NCBI GenBank assembly: GCA_050114895.1
Contig: JASFRP010000001.1
Coordinates: 1-27,930 of the forward strand
Direction: 5' to 3'
Length of the DNA: 27,930 bases
Source of the DNA: Gemmatimonadota bacterium
GTDB lineage: Bacteria; Gemmatimonadota; Gemmatimonadetes; Longimicrobiales; Gaopeijiaceae
Part shown: positions 23,549 through 27,930 of the stretch, piece after piece
Position numbering within the stretch: the first letter of the stretch is position 1
Layout: each line of letters opens with the position of its first letter
Made by a program: the position numbers and the translations under genes
The notes under the pieces: generated by a model
What the model was told of the DNA's origin: nothing
The model's input: the letters and a program-made list of their open reading frames with translations, nothing else
Databases searched by the model: none

Positions 23549-26536
23549 TCAAGGATGGAGGCGCTGGCCCCGATACTCTCTCAGGGCCTGTTTCGCGGCT
23601 TCGACAATGGCCCGGTGCGTTTGAGTAGGCGGATAGAGGGAGCCCTGCCTCACTTCGGTGCCATTGAGGCTGGTATAGACATTCACCACCTGACGCCGGT
23701 GCTGCTGAAGGGCCTGCTCCTCCTGGCTCAGGCTCGGGTCGGGCCGCCCCGGACCGAAGCCCATTCCCACCGCCACCCCAAGGACCTCGGTGAACTCCTT
23801 CTGGAGGGCCACGAGGTCGTTCAGGAAAGCCTCTCTCTCCTCGTACTGCGCCTGGGTCAGGGGAAGGTCAGGGTCTCCGCGAACCTCCACCGTCGTCGAC
23901 ACGGTAGTTCCCCTGGCCTCCAGCGTTAGGGTGTAGCTTCCCGGTGATACGAAGTGGCCCCGGTCCTCCACGCTACGTGGGAGCCGGGGGTCGTCGAACC
24001 GTGTCCATCGCTCCGGGCCATCGTCGGATGGGGTGGGGTAGCGGAGATCCCAGTTGACTCGATGGAGGCCTTCTTCGGCGGGCACCTGGTATTCCCGGAT
24101 CAAGCCTCCGTTGCCGCGAGTCACCCGGAGACGGGCATCGCCACTTCCTGGGCCCAGCTTGTAGGTGATGATTGCGCCGTCCGCCGGGTTCTCACCCGCG
24201 AACTGGGCTTGCCCCCTGTAGGACGTGTCCTTCCAATAGGTGAAGATGGTGGCCCGCCGGACGGTGAAGATATGGGCGGGCGCCTCCAGGACTCCGGCGC
24301 TCCATTCGGCCAGAGGCCGGATGTCGTCCACGATCCAGATCGCCCTCCCATGGGTGCCGATGACCAGGTCCTTCTCTCGGGGGTGGATGAGGAGGTCGTC
24401 GTAGTGGGTGGTGGGCATGCCCGGCCACTGGGCCCAATGGGCTCCCGCGTCGGTACTGGCGAAGAGGTGGTGCTCTGAGCCCAGGAAGAGGACGTTCGGA
24501 GCGTCGGGGTGTTCGATGATCTCGTTGACCGACCCGGAAGGGAGTCCCGTCATCAAGGGCTCCCAGGACGCGCCGAAATCGGTGGTCCGGAACACATAGG
24601 GGGAGAAGTCCCCGTCCCGGTGAGCGTCGAAGGCGGCGTAAGCGGAGCCTGGAGCGGTTGCGGAGGGGGTGACCCGACTCACGTAGGTGCCGGGCGGGAT
24701 TCCGGGCACATTCCCGCTGACCTCGGTCCAGCTGGTGCCTCCGTCCCGCGAGACCTGGAGATTCCCGTCGTCCATTCCCACCCAGAGGACGTTCGGATCC
24801 AGTGGGGATTCACCGATGGAAACGGCCTCTCCGAAGCTGCCCGTTCCGTCGTTCCGGGAAATGGTAATGTCACGGCCCAGCACCCCCATGAGAGGAACGG
24901 TGTCTCGGTCCACCATCTTCGACAGGTCCCGGGTGGGTTCCCAGCTATCCCCCCGGTCATGGGAGATGAAGAGGCGGTTACCTCCGACATAGACGGTGGC
25001 GGGATCATGGCTGGACACCAGGACCGGGGAGGTCCAGTCGAAGCGATACTCCTCCGCCCCCACCGGTGCGACGGGGCTGATGGCCATCATATCCCCGGTG
25101 AGAGGGTTGAATCGGAAGTAATCCCCGTCGTTGGAGGCTCCGTAGGCAAAGAGGGCCTCGGACCGATCCGGCTGCCAGAACATCCCGTCTCCATACCCCA
25201 CCTGTTTCCAGTCATCGTTCACGATGCCTGCCCAGCGCCGGGTCCGTGAGGGCCCCATGAACGAGTGGTTGTCCTGGAGCCCTCCGTAGACGTAATAGGG
25301 ATCTCTCATGTCCACGCCGATGGCGTAGAACTGGGCGATGGGGAAGTTGTTGATCCTCCGGAAAGTGACGCCCATGTCGTAACTCTCGTGGAGGCCGGCA
25401 TCCCCTCCCAGATATAGATGATTCGGATCGTTGGGGTCGATCCAGAGGGCGTGATGATCGGCGTGGACACCCACGTCGTACGTGGGACGAACGGCGAACT
25501 CCTCGAATGTTCTGCCGCCGTCCTCACTCTTGTAGGAGGATGTACCAAGAGTGTAGACCCTGTCCGGGTTCTCGGGATCGATGAAGATCTCCGAGTAGTA
25601 CATGGGCCGGCCGTTCAGGGGGTTCACCCGTTCCCACGTAAGGCCCCCGTCTTCGGTCCGGTATGTCCCCTGCAGCTGGGCGTCGGAATGCTCGATGAGG
25701 GCACTCAACACCCGAGGGTCGGATCGTGCGATGGCCAGTCCGATTCGTCCCTTGTCACCCCCGGGGATCCCGTTCGTCAACTCCGTCCAGTTCCTGCCTC
25801 CGTCCGTCGTCTTGTAGATTCCGCTCCCGGGGCCCCCGCCATTGAAGCCCCAGGTTCGGCGCAGCCTCTGATAGGCCGCGGCGTAGAGGACCTGCGGGTC
25901 GGACGGGTCCATGACCAGATCCACGACCCCGGTAAGGTCGTCGACATAGAGGACCTTCTCCCAACTCTCGCCGCCGTCGCTACTCTTGAAGACGCCTCGC
26001 TCCGCACTGGGAGCCCAGAGGTTCCCCAGGGCGGCCACGTAAACCACGTCGGGGTTCGAGGGATCCACCTCCACCTTTCCTATGTGTCTCGTCTCGGCCA
26101 GGCCCAGGTGCCTCCAGCTTTCCCCTCCGTCGTCGGATCGGTACACGCCGTTTCCCCAGGAGGAGCTCTGCCGGTTGTTCTGTTCTCCGGTTCCGGCGTA
26201 GACGACCCGGGGATTCGACGGGGCGATGGCCACGTCGCCAAACGTGCTCACCGCCATGGTGTCGAAGACGTTTTTCCAGGTGATTCCCCGGTTGGTGGTC
26301 TTCCACAAGCCACCGGAGGCACTGGCCACGAAGAGGGTGGAGGGGTCGTTGGGAAGGGCCTCGATGTCATGGACTCGTCCACCGGTCACGGCGGGCCCGA
26401 TGGCCCGGGCCTCCAGAGCTTGGAGGTGGGACTCGGGGATGGGGGCCGTCACCTGTGCGCTGAGGGGTGTCGAGAGAGGGAGAGCCAGTAGGAGGCTGAG
26501 CGCGCAAGCTGCGGGAGTTCGTATGGGGACCGGCAT
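23549..26536 (-). CDS. Large secreted BNR/Asp-box (VPS10/sortilin-like) beta-propeller protein, glycosyl hydrolase-like, ~995 aa
   Basis: Signal peptide, RAIGPAVTGGR, and about 11 Asp-box repeats (WKTTNRGITW, YRSDDGGESW, FKSSDGGESW, YKTTDGGRNW, YRTEDGGLTW, YKSEDGGRTF, ESYDMGVTF, ISHDRGDSW, VSRDGGTSW, RTTDFGASW, ASTDAGAHW). Ig-like C-terminal region (GLHRVNWDLR). Confidence 0.85.
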   Translation of the reverse strand: MPVPIRTPAACALSLLLALPLSTPLSAQVTAPIPESHLQALEARAIGPAVTGGRVHDIEALPNDPSTLFVASASGGLWKTTNRGITWKNVFDTMAVSTFGDVAIAPSNPRVVYAGTGEQNNRQSSSWGNGVYRSDDGGESWRHLGLAETRHIGKVEVDPSNPDVVYVAALGNLWAPSAERGVFKSSDGGESWEKVLYVDDLTGVVDLVMDPSDPQVLYAAAYQRLRRTWGFNGGGPGSGIYKTTDGGRNWTELTNGIPGGDKGRIGLAIARSDPRVLSALIEHSDAQLQGTYRTEDGGLTWERVNPLNGRPMYYSEIFIDPENPDRVYTLGTSSYKSEDGGRTFEEFAVRPTYDVGVHADHHALWIDPNDPNHLYLGGDAGLHESYDMGVTFRRINNFPIAQFYAIGVDMRDPYYVYGGLQDNHSFMGPSRTRRWAGIVNDDWKQVGYGDGMFWQPDRSEALFAYGASNDGDYFRFNPLTGDMMAISPVAPVGAEEYRFDWTSPVLVSSHDPATVYVGGNRLFISHDRGDSWEPTRDLSKMVDRDTVPLMGVLGRDITISRNDGTGSFGEAVSIGESPLDPNVLWVGMDDGNLQVSRDGGTSWTEVSGNVPGIPPGTYVSRVTPSATAPGSAYAAFDAHRDGDFSPYVFRTTDFGASWEPLMTGLPSGSVNEIIEHPDAPNVLFLGSEHHLFASTDAGAHWAQWPGMPTTHYDDLLIHPREKDLVIGTHGRAIWIVDDIRPLAEWSAGVLEAPAHIFTVRRATIFTYWKDTSYRGQAQFAGENPADGAIITYKLGPGSGDARLRVTRGNGGLIREYQVPAEEGLHRVNWDLRYPTPSDDGPERWTRFDDPRLPRSVEDRGHFVSPGSYTLTLEARGTTVSTTVEVRGDPDLPLTQAQYEEREAFLNDLVALQKEFTEVLGVAVGMGFGPGRPDPSLSQEEQALQQHRRQVVNVYTSLNGTEVRQGSLYPPTQTHRAIVEAAKQALREYRGQRLHP

Positions 26537-26693
26537 GATGGATTCCTCTTCGGTACATCGGGATTGCGGATGGTGATTGGAATGGTATCGGAGGCTTCGA
26601 GGACCCGGCAAGGAGCCGGCGTGGAGGAACAGCTCGAATACCGGTGAAGAGGAGGAGTCGACGGTGCTCGGTGATGTTGCAGGGATGCGGCTT

Positions 26694-27461
26694 TCAGCCT
26701 CCCAGGGCATCTTTCACCACCCGGAGTACCTCCTCGTCCATGTCTTCGGCTCCCAGCATCCAACGCAGGTAGTCCGGGGCCGTGGCAGCCACCTGACTCA
26801 ACGCCTCGCCGCGGTGCTTGCCGCGTCTGAAAACCAACTGCCCTTCCCTTTCCTGGAACCAGCGGTCCACGGCTGTCTGGAAGGGGCTCACCTCGTCGCA
26901 ATACGCGTGGAGTCCTTCCAGGCCCCGGGGCAGGTGTGGGTACAGGGCCAGCTGGGCAGAGAGGACGGCGGCGGAGGTGCGGATGTCGCCCAGGGCCGTG
27001 TGGGCTTCCCGGTGCTCCCTGCCCAGGTAGAAACGGGCCGCTGCCGAGAGGTCCCTCGGCTCCTCCCTGTGAAAGATCGTCTGGGCGTCGATGAGAAGTC
27101 TTCCCTTCAGGGAGAAGGGAACGTCGGCCCGCCTGAACTCAGCGAGGAGCATGGGGAGGTCGAAGCGCCTGATGTTGAACCCTGCGAGGTCGCAGTTGTC
27201 CAGCAACTCCGCGAGACTCCGGGCGATGGCCGAAAAGGGCGGCTCCTCGGCGACGTCCTGATCCGTGATGCCATGGATGGCGGAGGCTTCTGGAGGAATG
27301 GGGATCCCAGGATTGAAGCGCCGCACCCGCTCCAGGACGTCCCCCTGGGGAGAGATCCGGATGAGAGCCAGCTCGATGATCCGGTCGGACGAGAGGCTCA
27401 GGCCGGTTGTCTCCAAGTCGAAGAATGCCAGGGGGCGGGTGAGGGAGAAAGGCAGTTCCAT
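26694..27461 (-). CDS. DEDDh 3'-5' exonuclease (DnaQ/epsilon-like) with C-terminal FxxGKH domain, 255 aa
   Basis: ExoI FFDLETTG, ExoII GFNIRRFDLPML, ExoIII HTALGD, C-terminal FRRGKHRGEAL...DYLRWM. Confidence 0.9.
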   Translation of the reverse strand: MELPFSLTRPLAFFDLETTGLSLSSDRIIELALIRISPQGDVLERVRRFNPGIPIPPEASAIHGITDQDVAEEPPFSAIARSLAELLDNCDLAGFNIRRFDLPMLLAEFRRADVPFSLKGRLLIDAQTIFHREEPRDLSAAARFYLGREHREAHTALGDIRTSAAVLSAQLALYPHLPRGLEGLHAYCDEVSPFQTAVDRWFQEREGQLVFRRGKHRGEALSQVAATAPDYLRWMLGAEDMDEEVLRVVKDALGG

Positions 27462-27523
27462 GGTCTTCCGGCTCCATTATGCAAACCGGGCCGGGCCCGG
27501 ACATGGCTGAAAGGGACGGGCTC

Positions 27524-27775
27524 TCATGGCGAACCTTTTCGGGCCTCCCTCTCCCACCGAAAGAGAGGAGGCACGGCCAGGAGGGCCCAGGTGAGTTCAA
27601 GTACCATGAATCCGGCTCTGCGATCCACGAATGCGATCCAGAAGAGCAAGAGACCGCCCATCAGGTTCATCGCGTTGTAAGCTCGATCCTTGGGCCCGAA
27701 CCAGTTTCTGCTGTTGCCGAGGTATGCCAGGAGGATCAGGAATGCTCCGGCCAGCGAAATGAGTTGATAGAGCAC
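27524..27775 (-). CDS. Small membrane protein, CBU_0592-like, 83 aa
   Basis: Pattern G.A.LIL.AY...Y..MNL.G..L...E..W; three TM segments. Confidence 0.7.
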   Translation of the reverse strand: MLYQLISLAGAFLILLAYLGNSRNWFGPKDRAYNAMNLMGGLLLFWIAFVDRRAGFMVLELTWALLAVPPLFRWEREARKGSP

Positions 27776-27867
27776 GAGTGGGGTACCGTAGCTATGGGTG
27801 TCGCGAAAAGAACACCTTAACTTTGAATTATCGGATCCCTTTTCCCAAGAGGGGGCATGTGAACCCC

Positions 27868-27930
27868 ATGGCTGAATCCATGCAGGCGGTGGTGATTACG
27901 AGGTTCGGAGATCCGGAGGTCCTGGAGTTG
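27868..27930 (+). CDS. N-terminus of MDR-family NAD(P)H:quinone oxidoreductase / zinc-type alcohol dehydrogenase-like protein (3'-truncated)
   Basis: MAESMQAVVITRFGDPEVLEL matches the typical MxAVVIxxxGxPEVL start. Start could be ATG 27868 or 27880. Confidence 0.65.
   Translation, partial: MAESMQAVVITRFGDPEVLEL

Noticed and set aside
27817-27831. AT-rich TAA-N7-TTA dyad between the CBU_0592-like gene and the oxidoreductase
   Set aside because: Too short to distinguish from an ordinary AT-rich promoter, and no regulator gene is visible.
1-27930. CRISPR arrays, IS elements, integrases, tRNAs, prophage or defence systems
   Set aside because: No spaced direct repeats, terminal inverted repeats with a transposase, tRNA cloverleaf or nuclease/defence motifs were seen. 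The DEDDh exonuclease has a housekeeping-type architecture with no cas or retron neighbours.

Overview
GC-rich bacterial chromosomal window, densely coding, with no rRNA, tRNA, CRISPR array, transposase, integrase or phage gene that I can recognise. The gene content (many secreted peptidases/hydrolases, a DUF5916-type barrel, an Asp-box propeller protein) resembles Gemmatimonadota/Acidobacteriota-type heterotrophs. That is an impression only, because no taxonomic marker is present. Gene order: partial trpE (+), M20 dipeptidase (-), a ~540 bp intergenic region, GlsB/YeaQ membrane protein, PspA/IM30 and an ECF sigma factor (all -), V4R/BchJ-like protein and bcp (+), CoA-binding protein (-), atypical orphan histidine kinase (+), DUF420 and heme A synthase (-), ABC exporter, corA, DUF5916-like barrel and tctCBA (+), S9 peptidase (-), hypothetical lipoprotein (+), 4-TM protein, serine hydrolase, Asp-box/VPS10-like protein, DEDDh exonuclease and CBU_0592-like protein (-), and the start of an MDR/quinone oxidoreductase (+). 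The most unusual element is in the 2264-2803 intergenic region. It holds a run of five hairpins whose G-U wobbles work only on the + strand, ending in an intrinsic terminator and preceded by an exact TGAAAC-N16-CGTA ECF-type promoter. This suggests a stand-alone ncRNA, matching no family I recognise, inside an ECF-sigma/PspA envelope-stress neighbourhood. Related ECF-like promoters lie upstream of the sigma gene itself and of the lipoprotein gene, and the lipoprotein gene also has a textbook sigma-54 promoter. All calls are by-eye motif recognition; no database searches or folding programs were run.
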